Shown: positions 28,862 through 39,722, counted from the first letter of the stretch. The stretch: 60,175 bases of DNA from Cyanophyceae cyanobacterium (GCA_038321985.1 JBBQFN010000033.1:1-60175), one strand, 5' to 3'. Notes: generated from the sequence alone by a model not told the origin. Numbers and translations are program-made.

Positions 28862-29387
28862 GGTTTTAGCTCCATCAAAACTAGGGTAACATCAGGGCAT
28901 TCTCTATCAAATCCCCATTCCAGCCCAAATAGATTTTGGATGTTAGTTCGGTATAAACTCAGGTTCCGACTGAATCAACCCCTAATCAGGGGTGGAGTTC
29001 TAGGGACTGAGCCGGAATAACCCTTGGCTCCTGCTTAGGTTCTAGATGCCCTTGAGCGTGACTGAGCGCCGGGGTGAACCCCGTTGAGGAAGGAACTCTC
29101 TCCTAACAGGAAATGCACTCCATTCGTCATGCCCAACCCTACCCAAGTTATCAGTTTATTGTATATTGCCATAAGTTGCAGATTACGCCCAAAATTTTCC
29201 AGAATTTAGGGGGTGTTTTGTGCAATCGGGGGCTGGAGTTTCACAATAGAATTGAGAACCGAATTTTAGGAGTTTAGAAGGCTGACAAGGCTGACAAGGC
29301 TTACCTCTATTCCCTCGATTAAGACTGGTCGAGAGGGGGTGGAGGTCACTTTCACCTTTTCCTGATTTTGAGGGCTATCCGCCTGAT

Positions 29388-30053
29388 TTAAGACAGTCGC
29401 TCTCCAAAGAGGATGGTCCCTAATCTCACCATGGTGGAACCGGCTTGGACGGCTAAATGATAATCTCCTGACATTCCCATTGAGAGCTGCTGCATGGAAA
29501 TCTGATCCCAGTTTTGGGCCTGGATTTCTGCGGCGAGTCTGCGGGTGCCATCAAACAGCGCTAGGATTTTTGCCTCGTCCAATCCCTGGGGGGGAATGGT
29601 CATTAATCCTTGGATTTTTAAGTTTTTACACTGATTTAGGGTCGCTAAATCCTCCAGGAGTTCAGGAATCTGCCACCCGGATTTGTTGGAGTCGGGCTCG
29701 ATTTTTACTTGGAGACAGACTTTTGGCTTGATCCCCAGTTCTTCTGCTAAGCGATCGACTCGTTGCGCTATTTTTAAACTATCAATGGAGTGGATCCATT
29801 GAAAAAGGTCTAAAGCGGATTTGACTTTATTGCTTTGCAGGTGTCCAATCATGTGCCAGGTAATATCAGGCAAGTCTTGCAGTTGGTCAGATTTCGCTTG
29901 GGCTTCCTGAATGCGGCTTTCCCCAAAATCTCGAATTCCGGCCTGATATGCTTGCCGGATGGCATCAACGGATACCTGTTTGGTGACGGCAATCAGTTGG
30001 ACACCGGGGGGTAAGCTAGTGCGGATATGGACAATCCGTTGGGCGATCGTCAT
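29388..30053 (-). CDS. pipY: PLP homeostasis protein YggS/PipY
   Basis: LIAVTKQ, FGESRIQE, WHMIGHLQSNK, LSMGMSGDY, VRLGT; ATGA overlap with pipX. Confidence 0.95.
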   Translation of the reverse strand: MTIAQRIVHIRTSLPPGVQLIAVTKQVSVDAIRQAYQAGIRDFGESRIQEAQAKSDQLQDLPDITWHMIGHLQSNKVKSALDLFQWIHSIDSLKIAQRVDRLAEELGIKPKVCLQVKIEPDSNKSGWQIPELLEDLATLNQCKNLKIQGLMTIPPQGLDEAKILALFDGTRRLAAEIQAQNWDQISMQQLSMGMSGDYHLAVQAGSTMVRLGTILFGERLS

Positions 30054-30319
30054 TGAAATGTGCGTTTGTGGATGAGTTGAAGTTCAGCGAATTCCTGAGA
30101 TTGGCCCATTCGTCTGAGCAATCGCAAGCGGTTTTCGACGAGGAGGCGAGCATCGGCACGGGTGAGGGGCTCAAATCTTAACCCCTCTAAGCCAGAAAGC
30201 GCTAAAAAAAATAGACGTTGGGCATATAGGGTGGTGAACAACTCCTGATTTTGTTCGATCATACACACTCGATAGAGCAGACCAAAAGTAGGATGATTTA
30301 AGTAAGTTTCAGTGTTCAT
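30050..30319 (-). CDS. pipX: PII-interacting protein X (NtcA coactivator)
   Basis: ETYLNHPTFGLLY...LFTTLYAQRLFF; 89 aa. Confidence 0.95.
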   Translation of the reverse strand: MNTETYLNHPTFGLLYRVCMIEQNQELFTTLYAQRLFFLALSGLEGLRFEPLTRADARLLVENRLRLLRRMGQSQEFAELQLIHKRTFQ

Positions 30320-30731
30320 TCAGGTTCAGATGAGTACCGTTAATGATAACGGTTATAGATTCATGAAGTGCCCCTGGCGGAGTCAGCCGGTATGGAATTT
30401 CGGGAGATGACCCGTTTTCCCACCTGAGTTTTTGCCGCAAGCTGGGACGGGGATAATTTTATCAGAAATCGCGGTTAACCCTATGCTCTTAGCTTGGGGA
30501 TAGGTAATGAATTGAATGATTCTTCTCGTAGGGGGAGCGTTTGGGTCTCTATTATTCGGGATTGAGCAAATTTCCATTTTTTCAATTCTATTGTCTAACC
30601 GGTGGAAGATGGGCAAGATTACGGTCCTAAGACTGGAGTATATTTTTCTCGGAGATACAGCTATCAAATGGGAGAGGTTGCGGCACTAATTATTAAGATT
30701 TTCATAAGGCATAGATTGGCGATCGCTAGGG

Positions 30732-32246
30732 TCACTCACTCTCCCTGGAGGCGATCGCCATTTGCAGTGCCGCGAGTTGTGCTCTAGCTTTATCTAGGGA
30801 TTCATACCATTCTTTTTCGGGTTCACTATCGGCGACAATTCCTGCACCCACTTGTCCCCAAACTCGATAAGTTTTTCTCTGGCTTTTTGTCGTTCCGGAT
30901 GCCTCTGGCGCAAATAATAAGGTCCGAATCAAAATGTTCAAATCAAGCTGTCCTCGCCAGTCTAAATATCCACAAGAGCCATAAAATAGGCTGCGCCGCA
31001 CGGGTTCTAATTCTTCAATAATTTCCATGCATCGGACTTTGGGACAGCCGGTAATGGTACCCCCGGGAAAGGTGGCGCGGATTAAATCGATACTGTCGCG
31101 ATCGCGGCTGAGGGTACCCACTGCGTTACTAACCAAGTGCATGACATGACTATAGCGTTCAATGGTTAGTAATTCGTTAACTTGTACGCTTCCCCATTCG
31201 CAAACTTTCCCTAAATCATTCCGTTCCAGATCGACCAACATAATATGTTCGGCACGTTCTTTACGGTTGGCGAGTAATTCTGCGGCGAGTTGTTCATCAA
31301 GTTCGGGGGTTTTACCTCTAGCACGGGTTCCAGCAATGGGACGAGTTTGGGCGGTTGTTCCTTGTAATTGTACTAATCGTTCCGGTGAACAACTCACCAC
31401 GTCTCCCCAAGGGGTGCGCCAATAACTGGCAAAGGGGGAGGGATTAATGGTACGCAAGGTCTGATAAACGTCCCAACTTTCCTGTTGGGTTGTTGTTTCA
31501 AATCGTAGGGATAAGTTGGCTTGAAAAATGTCCCCGGCTGTGATATATTTTTTAGCTTGTTTTACCCGTTCTTCATACTCGAATTGAGACAAATGAAACT
31601 GGGGAAAAGGAGGAATCAAACCCGCTATTTTTGGAGAGTTTTGGGAGGATTGATCCGCTACAGGAGGGTTTTCTAATTGTTGTTGGAGGATATCAAGTTG
31701 GGTGCGATCGCTACTGGCAATCCACAACTGTTGCTGCTTATGGTCGAGGATAGCAAAGTTTGCGGGTTCGTACCAGTAGGCGACAGGAAAAGGTAGGGAG
31801 TCTGTGTTTAAATGGGGGAGTTTTTCAATTTCCCAGGCTAAATCGTACCCCAACCATCCTAACCATCCTCCGGTGAAGGGAAGCGCATCGCGATCGCTGT
31901 ATTGAAGGGTGGCAATTTCTGGGATGGGTTCCGGGTTATCTGGCTTTTTGCGGTGTAATAGTTGGCGCAAAGTGGGCAGAATTTCTCCGATTCCCGGTAT
32001 CCACAATTGAGGACGGTTATTAATTGATCTCGGAGCACCGGCACAGATAGAATATCTGGCTTCTGGGATGGGGGAGGGAGTTGGATAGGGGCTTTCTAGG
32101 AGGGTGGCGATCGCTGCTTCTGGTTGGTTAGCTTGAGATTGAGGAGTAAGAAATAGCGCCTCAAATACCTGGGTTCCAGTACGTCCTGTTAAGGGTAGCG
32201 ATCGCCAATACCAAGGCGGAATCGGTTCTAGGTTTAATGGGTTCAC
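30732..32246 (-). CDS. Chorismate-binding enzyme (anthranilate synthase component I family, PabB-like)
   Basis: LLES, NPSPF, CSPE, RPIAGT, KERAEHIMLVDLERNDLG, FPGGTITGCPK; GTG start at 32246 overlaps the upstream TGA. Confidence 0.88.
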   Translation of the reverse strand: MNPLNLEPIPPWYWRSLPLTGRTGTQVFEALFLTPQSQANQPEAAIATLLESPYPTPSPIPEARYSICAGAPRSINNRPQLWIPGIGEILPTLRQLLHRKKPDNPEPIPEIATLQYSDRDALPFTGGWLGWLGYDLAWEIEKLPHLNTDSLPFPVAYWYEPANFAILDHKQQQLWIASSDRTQLDILQQQLENPPVADQSSQNSPKIAGLIPPFPQFHLSQFEYEERVKQAKKYITAGDIFQANLSLRFETTTQQESWDVYQTLRTINPSPFASYWRTPWGDVVSCSPERLVQLQGTTAQTRPIAGTRARGKTPELDEQLAAELLANRKERAEHIMLVDLERNDLGKVCEWGSVQVNELLTIERYSHVMHLVSNAVGTLSRDRDSIDLIRATFPGGTITGCPKVRCMEIIEELEPVRRSLFYGSCGYLDWRGQLDLNILIRTLLFAPEASGTTKSQRKTYRVWGQVGAGIVADSEPEKEWYESLDKARAQLAALQMAIASRESE

Positions 32247-33232
32247 ACTTGCCATCCCCATACGAAACGCATTCCCCAAAATCCACAAAGTAGGGCGATC
32301 GCCACCCAATCTCCATTTCTGAGTTTTAACGGATGCCACTGCACCCGATGGGTGTTCGGCGTCGTAAATCCACGCACTTGCATACCTCCGGCAATTTGGT
32401 GAGCTCGCAAGAGTAAATTTTCTAGCAGTCTTTCTACTACAGTAAACCAGACTTTGCTGGTTCCCCGCAAGCCCAATTTTTTCCAATTAATCGCCCGAGT
32501 TCGTACGGATCGAATTAAGTTTTGGACCTCTTCTAAAACGAGGGGAATAAACCGTAGGGATAGAGTTAAAGTTAAGGCAATTTCTGTAACGGGAATATTA
32601 AACCGTCTCAGGGGACTCATCAACTCTTCAATTCCAGAAGCAATCTCTTCTGGGGCGGTGGTGAGAAGATACAGATTGGTGCTATAAATTAGGGTAAAAA
32701 ATAAGGTGCCGATCCGAATGCCTAAATCTAGAGAACGACGGGTAATGCTAAACTGCCCTTTCTCAAAAAGGATGTAACGGTAATTCGTGGGTTGAGGGAG
32801 TTGATTGTTAATCGTCTCTGGGGGTGCGGTGGTTTCTTCACCCCAGCCGAAGGGATTGTACCAGGGATTTCTTTCCGGTGCCGCAGGTAGGGTTGGGGGT
32901 TGGCGATCAAAGCCAAGTTCTTGTGCTGGCAGACGGGGTTGGTGTTCAACCGGGAGTCCATCGGGTGCGATCGCTGTAATCAGACAAATTAGCACAGAAA
33001 AAGTTAACAACAAACCCATTTGTTGCCGCCATACGCGCAGAGGAATTAAGGCACTAATCGTAATCAAGATCAGCAACAGAACTAATCCCATTCGCCAGAT
33101 GGGATTTGCTAAGACTGGCGCAATTAAAAAGCTCATCAGCCATATCAGTTTGACTCGCGCATCTAAGTGATGCAGCCAGGTGATGGGTTGTTCTAAGTAC
33201 AAGCCTATGGGCAGCGATCGCAGTAAATCCAT
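32243..33232 (-). CDS. ECF transporter transmembrane component T (CbiQ/Ycf92-like)
   Basis: LHHLDARVKL, LLTTAPEEI, LSLRFIPLVLEE...RTRA, MQVRGF. Confidence 0.9.
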   Translation of the reverse strand: MDLLRSLPIGLYLEQPITWLHHLDARVKLIWLMSFLIAPVLANPIWRMGLVLLLILITISALIPLRVWRQQMGLLLTFSVLICLITAIAPDGLPVEHQPRLPAQELGFDRQPPTLPAAPERNPWYNPFGWGEETTAPPETINNQLPQPTNYRYILFEKGQFSITRRSLDLGIRIGTLFFTLIYSTNLYLLTTAPEEIASGIEELMSPLRRFNIPVTEIALTLTLSLRFIPLVLEEVQNLIRSVRTRAINWKKLGLRGTSKVWFTVVERLLENLLLRAHQIAGGMQVRGFTTPNTHRVQWHPLKLRNGDWVAIALLCGFWGMRFVWGWQV

Positions 33233-33270
33233 CGGATTTTAGAAGATAAATTTTCCCGTTGTAGTTCCAA

Positions 33271-33318
33271 CGACAACGGCAGACAAGGATCGGGGGTTTA
33301 AACCCCCAGCGGTTGTCG
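33271..33318. repeat. Short palindromic element with core GGGGGTTTAAACCCCC
   Basis: Perfect 16-bp palindrome nested inside CGACAAC...GTTGTCG arms. Confidence 0.55.
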
Positions 33319-33372
33319 CGACTTAACTTAACCTGTATAGGCGAGAGTTCCAAATCCCGACAGTTGTCGCAT

Positions 33373-34737
33373 CTACACTTTAACTGCGCGATTGGTGGTA
33401 TTAGTGTCTTCAAATTCCCGGGCTTTCTTCCCACGCCATAGCAAGCGTAAGGGACTGCCAATAAATCCGAGTTGTTCGCGGAATTGACGTTCGATGTAAC
33501 GGCGATAGTTATCGTTAAATCGTTTGGGGTCATTTACAAACAAGGCAATGGTCGGGGGTTGACTGGTAACCTGAGTCCCATAATAAATTTTTCCCTGTTT
33601 TCCTTGGCGGCTGGTGGGCGGACTATGCCAGTGCAACGCATCTTTTAAAACTTCGTTAATCACCGAAGTAGAAACGCGACGACGATGTTCCTCTGCCGAT
33701 TTTTCTACTAAATCCAGGATGTTTTCCACCCGTTTTCCGGTGACGGCACTTACAAAAATTGCTTCTGCCCATTCTAGGAAATAGAGGCGACTCTTGATAT
33801 CCCGTTCATAATCATAAATCGTATAGGAATCTTTTTCGATCGCATCCCATTTATTGATGACCATGACGCAGGCACGTCCTTCTTCTTCGATTCGTCCTGC
33901 CAGTTTTTGGTCCTGTTCTGTGACCCCATCAACTGCATCAATCACCAACAACACGACATCCGCACGGCGAATCGCTTTAAATGCCCGGTTAATGCCAAAA
34001 AATTCGGGTCCGTACTCGACATTTTTCTTTTTACGAATCCCTGCGGTATCAATAATTCGGTAGGTTTTTCCGTTCCGTTCCACAACGGTATCGATACTGT
34101 CGCGGGTGGTTCCTGAAATTGGACTAACAATTGCCCTGTTTTCTCCTACAAAGGCATTGAGTAAACTAGATTTTCCCACATTGGGACGTCCGACGATCGC
34201 CACTTTAATTTCTGGGGTTTCTTCGATTTCGGACATCGGAGGCAAATGGGGAATTACAATATCCAGTAAATCTCCTGTTCCACTTCCGTGAATGGCAGAA
34301 ACGGGATAAGGTTCACCCATTCCTAATTCCCAAAATTCCGCCGCTTGTGTCAATCCTTCCATTAAGGATTCACATTTATTCACGGCAAGGACTACGGGGA
34401 CCTTTTGATGCCGCAACCAGTTAGCAATTTCGCGATCGGCTTCGGTAACACCGAGTTGTCCATCCACAACAAACAGGGCAACGCTTGATTCGGAAAGCGC
34501 TGCCATGACTTGTTCTCGAATTAAGGGTAAAAATTCAGTATCGTCATCAAAGACTAATCCGCCGGTATCCACAATCTGAAAGTCTCGGTCCTGCCAGAAG
34601 GCATCTCGATAGGTGCGATCGCGAGTGACTCCCGGTTCGTCATGGACGATCGCCTGTTTGCCCCCCGCAATCCGATTGACAAGGGTTGATTTGCCCACGT
34701 TAGGGCGTCCGATAATAGCAACTATAGGTAAAGCCAT
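33373..34737 (-). CDS. der: Ribosome biogenesis GTPase Der (EngA)
   Basis: Tandem G domains (GRPNVGKS twice, DTGG/DTAG, NKCE/NKWD) and a KH-like C-terminus. Confidence 0.97.
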   Translation of the reverse strand: MALPIVAIIGRPNVGKSTLVNRIAGGKQAIVHDEPGVTRDRTYRDAFWQDRDFQIVDTGGLVFDDDTEFLPLIREQVMAALSESSVALFVVDGQLGVTEADREIANWLRHQKVPVVLAVNKCESLMEGLTQAAEFWELGMGEPYPVSAIHGSGTGDLLDIVIPHLPPMSEIEETPEIKVAIVGRPNVGKSSLLNAFVGENRAIVSPISGTTRDSIDTVVERNGKTYRIIDTAGIRKKKNVEYGPEFFGINRAFKAIRRADVVLLVIDAVDGVTEQDQKLAGRIEEEGRACVMVINKWDAIEKDSYTIYDYERDIKSRLYFLEWAEAIFVSAVTGKRVENILDLVEKSAEEHRRRVSTSVINEVLKDALHWHSPPTSRQGKQGKIYYGTQVTSQPPTIALFVNDPKRFNDNYRRYIERQFREQLGFIGSPLRLLWRGKKAREFEDTNTTNRAVKV

Positions 34738-34892
34738 AGAGGTTGAGGTTCCTGGGATTGAGCGAAGCAATCTTATTCTGTTAATTTTCTTATTATAGCG
34801 AATCTGTGCGATCGCTACGCTCATTTTATCCCTGACCTTTCCCTTGGGGCTTGCCACCTTTGGTAGCTTGGACTTTTTGATGGCTTTTTGTC

Positions 34893-35267
34893 TTACCGGC
34901 AGGTTAAACCTTGATTCACTGCAGCAAAATCTGCGGGTTTTTGTGCATCAATCAGTCGGCTGTACTCTTGTTTGTTTTGAATCAATTTGACTCGGGCAGT
35001 ATCTAAATCTGTCTTCCTATAAGTTAACTCTCGTTTTGCTGAGAGTTCAATATCTTGAGCAATGATTTCACTCGGATCCGGTTGATAGGTGAAAATAGTA
35101 TCTCCCTCTTGTTCCCGAATGGTTAAACGGGCTTGAGTACCTAATGGGTTAGGTTGGGCTGATGCTGGGTCATATTCACAAATTCTCCCCGTTGTCTGTT
35201 GGGTACATCCGATCAGCAAGGTTAAGGACAGCAAGCTCAAGCTAAGGGCCGATTGATTGATTTTCAT
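34893..35267 (-). CDS. Hypothetical lipoprotein
   Basis: [21 protein letters not shown] signal peptide with lipobox. Confidence 0.7.
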   Translation of the reverse strand: MKINQSALSLSLLSLTLLIGCTQQTTGRICEYDPASAQPNPLGTQARLTIREQEGDTIFTYQPDPSEIIAQDIELSAKRELTYRKTDLDTARVKLIQNKQEYSRLIDAQKPADFAAVNQGLTCR

Positions 35268-35448
35268 AGAATATTTGGGCTTGGTATTTTTGAGGATTTT
35301 GTTTAAGTAATTATAACAGCTAGTTGGCACTTAATTGACGAGAGTCCGAACTTCCAAATCAGGTAGAGTCCCTGGTCATTATCGCCCCAATAATATCTGG
35401 GAAACGACGGTAACTCGTGACCGCGAACCATTAGAAGCCACTGAAGCT

Positions 35449-35628
35449 ACTGTCACTACGAACGTAGCCCCCTTGACAAAATTATTTTTTTTTGAGAGAT
35501 TAATGGATATAATTCTCCTATCTCTGTCTAAAAATTTAATTAAGCCGCAAAAATTTAGGGCAACTGTCAACACAAACGTAGCCCCCTTGACAAAATTATT
35601 TTTTTTTGAGAGACTAATGGATATGATT
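35449..35628 (+). repeat. Direct repeat, 2 x 66 bp, period 114 bp
   Basis: Copies at 35449-35514 and 35563-35628; the 50-nt core AACGTAGCCCCCTTGACAAAATTA(T)9GAGAGAYTAATGGATAT differs at one position. Confidence 0.9.
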
Positions 35629-35706
35629 AGGGAAGGTGCGCCTATATATAGGAACCTTACAGATATTCTCCCTTGTAGCCCTGTGGAGAAGAGGGCGATC
35701 GCTACG

Positions 35707-35744
35707 GTTAGGGAGAAGTTAATTATTCAGGATTAGAGAGAAAG
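35707..35744 (+). CRISPR. Possible solitary CRISPR-repeat-like sequence (no array)
   Basis: GTTAGGGAGAAGTTAATTATTCAGGATTAGAGAGAAAG ends in AGGATTAG-N3-GAAAG; single copy, no spacers, no cas genes. Confidence 0.2.
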
Positions 35745-35782
35745 ATTCACTGTCAAGGGCGCAGGTTTTGCGCCCTTGTAGT

Positions 35783-36049
35783 TTATGGGCGACAAATACC
35801 CTGGGGGAAGTCCCTAACGGAGAGGGTACTTAAAAGCCTTGCAGCAGGGGGGTCGTCCTGGGTTTGCTTTGCGGAGACAAAAATCGCCGACAGGGTTTTC
35901 TGGGGGCTATTTTTGGCGGCAGTGAGGATAGATTCCGTGGGTTTGTCCTGGGCGGTGGAACAACCGGCTGGCTCTAACGGTTGCATGAGGGCGGGTAGCG
36001 AAAAAAAGAATAAAAATAGGCTAACCCTGCCTAAAAACTGGAGGTGCAT
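35783..36049 (-). CDS. Small hypothetical, possibly exported protein
   Basis: AGGAG upstream of the ATG and a hydrophobic N-terminus; no recognised domain. Confidence 0.35.
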   Translation of the reverse strand: MHLQFLGRVSLFLFFFSLPALMQPLEPAGCSTAQDKPTESILTAAKNSPQKTLSAIFVSAKQTQDDPPAARLLSTLSVRDFPQGICRP

Positions 36050-36229
36050 CCCTGTTCTCCTAACTCATAAGGTAGGCATTTTCCCTATACGGATCCGCCG
36101 GTACCAAGTCGGGATGAATGAATGCGAAATATCAAGGGGGGCGATTTCAATTGATGGGAAGTTTGTTTCCCCCAGTTGGGCGATCGCGATGGAAATTAAT
36201 AAGCAGTGCAGTCCTAGCAGACCTTCTTG

Positions 36230-36691
36230 TTAAAGAGCTTGAACCAACACGGAATCTCCTTCTATTTTGACTAAATAAGGAGAGAGATTTTCTGTAGCTG
36301 GACCTTTGAGAACTGTACCATCGGGAGAATATTCTGCACCATGACAAGGACAGATGTATTTGCGATCGCCCTCATTCCAACCTACGGTACAGCGGTTATG
36401 AGTGCAAGTAGGATTTACGGCATAAAGGATCTCCGAATCTTCCGGATTGCGAGTGACAGAAATGCCTCCATTTCCAAAGGATTCATTCAAAATTTGACCC
36501 TGAGTATCTAACTCCAAGAGCGTCCCAACTGCCTCAAAGTTATCGGTGCCTGACGCGGTTAAATTAGTATCCGTTGTAGTTGATGCGTTCCTTGTCGATT
36601 CTCCAGAGGGACTACAAGCGGCGATCGCCATTGGCAAAAAACTGGCAAGCCCGCCCACACCAACCCAGCTTAAAAAATCTCGACGCTTCAT
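36230..36691 (-). CDS. Small Tat-exported Rieske [2Fe-2S] lipoprotein (PetC3-like)
   Basis: MKRRDFL Tat motif, IAAC lipobox, CTH...CPCHG ligands. Confidence 0.9.
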   Translation of the reverse strand: MKRRDFLSWVGVGGLASFLPMAIAACSPSGESTRNASTTTDTNLTASGTDNFEAVGTLLELDTQGQILNESFGNGGISVTRNPEDSEILYAVNPTCTHNRCTVGWNEGDRKYICPCHGAEYSPDGTVLKGPATENLSPYLVKIEGDSVLVQAL

Positions 36692-36846
36692 AGGCTTAAG
36701 TTTTGACAAGCTAAAGAACATCTCTATCATCTTAAAGGATTTTAACCCTTACGGGAAACTCCTCAAAACCGGGGCATTCAGGGCGATCGCAAAATCAAGC
36801 TATCTTGATATGATTTGACTATTCTGGCAAGGGGGGGATCAAGGTC

Positions 36847-38055
36847 ATGGAACGGGTAATTTCTCTGTTGGGATTAATTACATTTGTGGGAATATGTTAT
36901 GCCCTATCGGTAAACCGTCAAGCCATTCGCTGGGGAACTGTGTTATGGGGAATTGGGTTGCAACTGATTTTCGCCCTATTTATTCTGAAGACTGCACCCG
37001 GTTTGGCATTATTTAAATTTTTAGGCGATCGCGTCAATGAGTTTTTGAACTTTGCTGATGTGGGGTCTGCCTTTGTCTTTGGGGAAAACTTCAAAGAGCA
37101 TTTTTTTGCGTTTAAAATCTTGCCAACCATCATCTTTTTCTCCGCCTGTATTACCCTACTCTATCACTACGGAATTTTGCAGCGCTTAGTCCAGGGCGTC
37201 GCCTGGGTCATGATGCGAACTATGAAAACCTCCGGTGCTGAATCCTTGTCCGCTGCGGCGAATATTTTCATCGGGCAACTGGAAGCCCCGATGCTGATTA
37301 AACCCTATATCGCAAAGATGACCAATTCCGAACTTCATGCCGTGATGACAGGGGGATTTGCCACTATTGCCGGAGGAGTATTAGCGGCTTATATTTCCTT
37401 TGGAATTCCCGTCGAACATTTGCTAGCGGCTTCGGTAATGTCTGCACCTGCATCCTTAGCCGTTTCTAAATTATTGTATCCTGAAACCGAAATATCCTCT
37501 ACCGCTGGGAAAATAGAACTCAACCGGGAAAGTCCCTATATTAATGCCATTGATGCCATAACTTCCGGTGCAATTGAGGGGTTAAAATTAGCCTTAAATG
37601 TAGCAGCGATGTTAATTGCCTTTTTGGGATTAGTGGCATTCTTGAATGCAGGGCTGGGATGGATGGGGAGTTGGGTAGGAATTCCAGAGCTTTCTTTTGA
37701 ACTAATTTTATCCTATTTAATGGCACCGGTTGCCTGGTTGATGGGTGTTCCCTGGGAAGATGTAAAAGAAGTGGGAATGCTGCTAGGGAAAAAGACGATT
37801 TTGAACGAGTTTATCGCCTATTTAGATTTAAAAGAGTTGATAGCGAATCAGGCAATTTCTCCCCGGGGTATTATCATTGCAACTTATGCCTTATGTGGAT
37901 TTTCTAACTTGGGTTCGATCGCCATTCAAATTGGCGGCATCAGTGCGATCACACCCAATCGCCAGGGAGATTTAGCACGATTGGGAGTTAGGGCAATGAT
38001 TGCCGGTTCCATCGCTTGTTTTATGACAGCTTGCGTAGCCGGACTGTTATTGTAA
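36847..38055 (+). CDS. nupC: Concentrative nucleoside transporter (NupC/CNT family)
   Basis: ILPTIIFFS, AANIFIGQ, GGFATIAG, LNEFIAY, CGFSNLGS. Confidence 0.92.
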   Translation: MERVISLLGLITFVGICYALSVNRQAIRWGTVLWGIGLQLIFALFILKTAPGLALFKFLGDRVNEFLNFADVGSAFVFGENFKEHFFAFKILPTIIFFSACITLLYHYGILQRLVQGVAWVMMRTMKTSGAESLSAAANIFIGQLEAPMLIKPYIAKMTNSELHAVMTGGFATIAGGVLAAYISFGIPVEHLLAASVMSAPASLAVSKLLYPETEISSTAGKIELNRESPYINAIDAITSGAIEGLKLALNVAAMLIAFLGLVAFLNAGLGWMGSWVGIPELSFELILSYLMAPVAWLMGVPWEDVKEVGMLLGKKTILNEFIAYLDLKELIANQAISPRGIIIATYALCGFSNLGSIAIQIGGISAITPNRQGDLARLGVRAMIAGSIACFMTACVAGLLL

Positions 38056-38093
38056 AAACAGAAAAGTTGACAATTTAGAGATTTTAGAGATTA

Positions 38094-38840
38094 ATGGCGG
38101 AACTACCCAAAGATTTAGATGAGGCGATCGCCCAAGCAAAAACAGCAACCAAAGCTGCCCTAGACGATGGATACCGACGGCTGCAAGTTGAAATCGGCAT
38201 CCCCGAACTAAAAGTCCAACCGATCGCCGAAGAATTTCTCCCCATATTCGAGGACTTGTTTGGCGATCGCTTTAAAGTCTACTTTCCCGATGCGGGTGCT
38301 GCTGCCTTAGCCCGTCGAGATTGGGGAGACAGACCCTACATCATTCGCGGCTTGAGTGAAATTAAAGGCAAAATGGAACCCGAAGACCAAGGATTTCTAT
38401 TTGTGGAACCCTCCTCGGTGGAAGTCAACACCTTAGAAAAAATGTGCGAAGAAGCAGGCGATCGCCCAACGTTACTCCTAGTGCCAAAACTGGAAAATAT
38501 CGCCATCATTGGCATTGGCTTAGCGGGAAGACAACTCAGGGAAAGGTTTCTGTCCACCATCGAATCCTGCTACTTCGTCCAACCGAAAGAAGGATATGCC
38601 CTATTTCGCTGTTATCCCAGTCCCTGGCAAGTCTGGCTGGAAACCGGCGATACCTACCAACTAATTTCCGAAACCTCCTCCAAACCCGTCGGTGACGACT
38701 TAGAACGCTTGATTACCCAAGCCACCGCCACCCCGGAAGACTCCCAACAAAGCGAAGGGAACAACACCCCCTTAACTACCCCCAAAAAACCGGGCTTAAT
38801 CACCAATATGAAACGCTTTCTGCGGGCATTAAGTCAATAA
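38094..38840 (+). CDS. DUF1995 family protein
   Basis: FPDAGAAALARRDW, GIGLAGRQLRERFL, RCYPSPWQVW. Confidence 0.85.
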   Translation: MAELPKDLDEAIAQAKTATKAALDDGYRRLQVEIGIPELKVQPIAEEFLPIFEDLFGDRFKVYFPDAGAAALARRDWGDRPYIIRGLSEIKGKMEPEDQGFLFVEPSSVEVNTLEKMCEEAGDRPTLLLVPKLENIAIIGIGLAGRQLRERFLSTIESCYFVQPKEGYALFRCYPSPWQVWLETGDTYQLISETSSKPVGDDLERLITQATATPEDSQQSEGNNTPLTTPKKPGLITNMKRFLRALSQ

Positions 38841-38963
38841 TCGGGGAATCGGGGAATAATAGAAACATGACTCCAGTACGTCCGAGTCTTGATTGGGACG
38901 GACTGGTGTCGTTTTCTTGAACCCCCAGAAGGAATAGCCCAGAGTGTTTAAGCACACAACTTC

Positions 38964-39722
38964 ATGAGCAAAACTAACTTCCGACGCATTGCGATCGGGG
39001 ACGTCCACGGTCACTACGACGCACTGGTGAAACTCCTAGATGCGATCGCCCCCAACGCAGACGATCGCCTGTATTTTCTTGGAGACTTAATCGATCGCGG
39101 TCCCGATAGCGCCAAGGTTGTTAAATTAATCCGCGAGAATAGATTTACCGCCCTCCTCGGTAACCACGAACATCTCCTCATCAACGCCTGTGGCAACGGC
39201 AAAGTCAATCAAGCTGCACTCCAAGCTTGGCGCTACAGTGGCGGACAAAATACCTTAACCAGCTATCCCAAACTCTACTCCCATCCCAGTGAAGCGCTTT
39301 TAGAGGATGTCGCTTGGATGCAGACTCTTCCCCTCTATCTGGATTTAGGGGACGTTTGGTTAGTTCATGCGGGCGTTCATCCCGATCTTCCCATCCTAGA
39401 TCAAGGTGCAGAAGACTTTTGCTGGATTCGCGCACCCTTCCACAATATCTGCAAACCCTACTTTCCCAATAAACTGATCATAGTCGGCCATACCATCACC
39501 TTTACCTTTAAAGGCGTCAAACCCGGACAACTTGCCAAAGGTCACGGCTGGCTGGATATTGACACCGGGGCTTATCACCCCATGAGTGGCTGGTTAACCG
39601 CCTTAGACCTTACCCAACGCCTAGTTTATCAAGTCAACTTATTTAAAGGCAAAGTAAGAAAACTCTCTCTACAAGACGCAGTGGTTTCCATTCACCCCCG
39701 GCAAGGGGTAGTGTGCCCGTAG
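38964..39722 (+). CDS. PPP-family Ser/Thr phosphatase (metallophosphoesterase)
   Basis: GDVHG, GDLIDRG, GNHE, VHAG, GHT, DTG. Confidence 0.92.
   Translation: MSKTNFRRIAIGDVHGHYDALVKLLDAIAPNADDRLYFLGDLIDRGPDSAKVVKLIRENRFTALLGNHEHLLINACGNGKVNQAALQAWRYSGGQNTLTSYPKLYSHPSEALLEDVAWMQTLPLYLDLGDVWLVHAGVHPDLPILDQGAEDFCWIRAPFHNICKPYFPNKLIIVGHTITFTFKGVKPGQLAKGHGWLDIDTGAYHPMSGWLTALDLTQRLVYQVNLFKGKVRKLSLQDAVVSIHPRQGVVCP

Noticed and set aside
29278..29301. Short tandem AAGGCTGAC (also CATCCATTAGA twice near 44484)
   Set aside because: Two to three copies only; simple slippage, not an array.
35335..35736. 133-aa ORF with an internal repeat
   Set aside because: It is a translation of the non-coding direct repeat with poly-T tracts.
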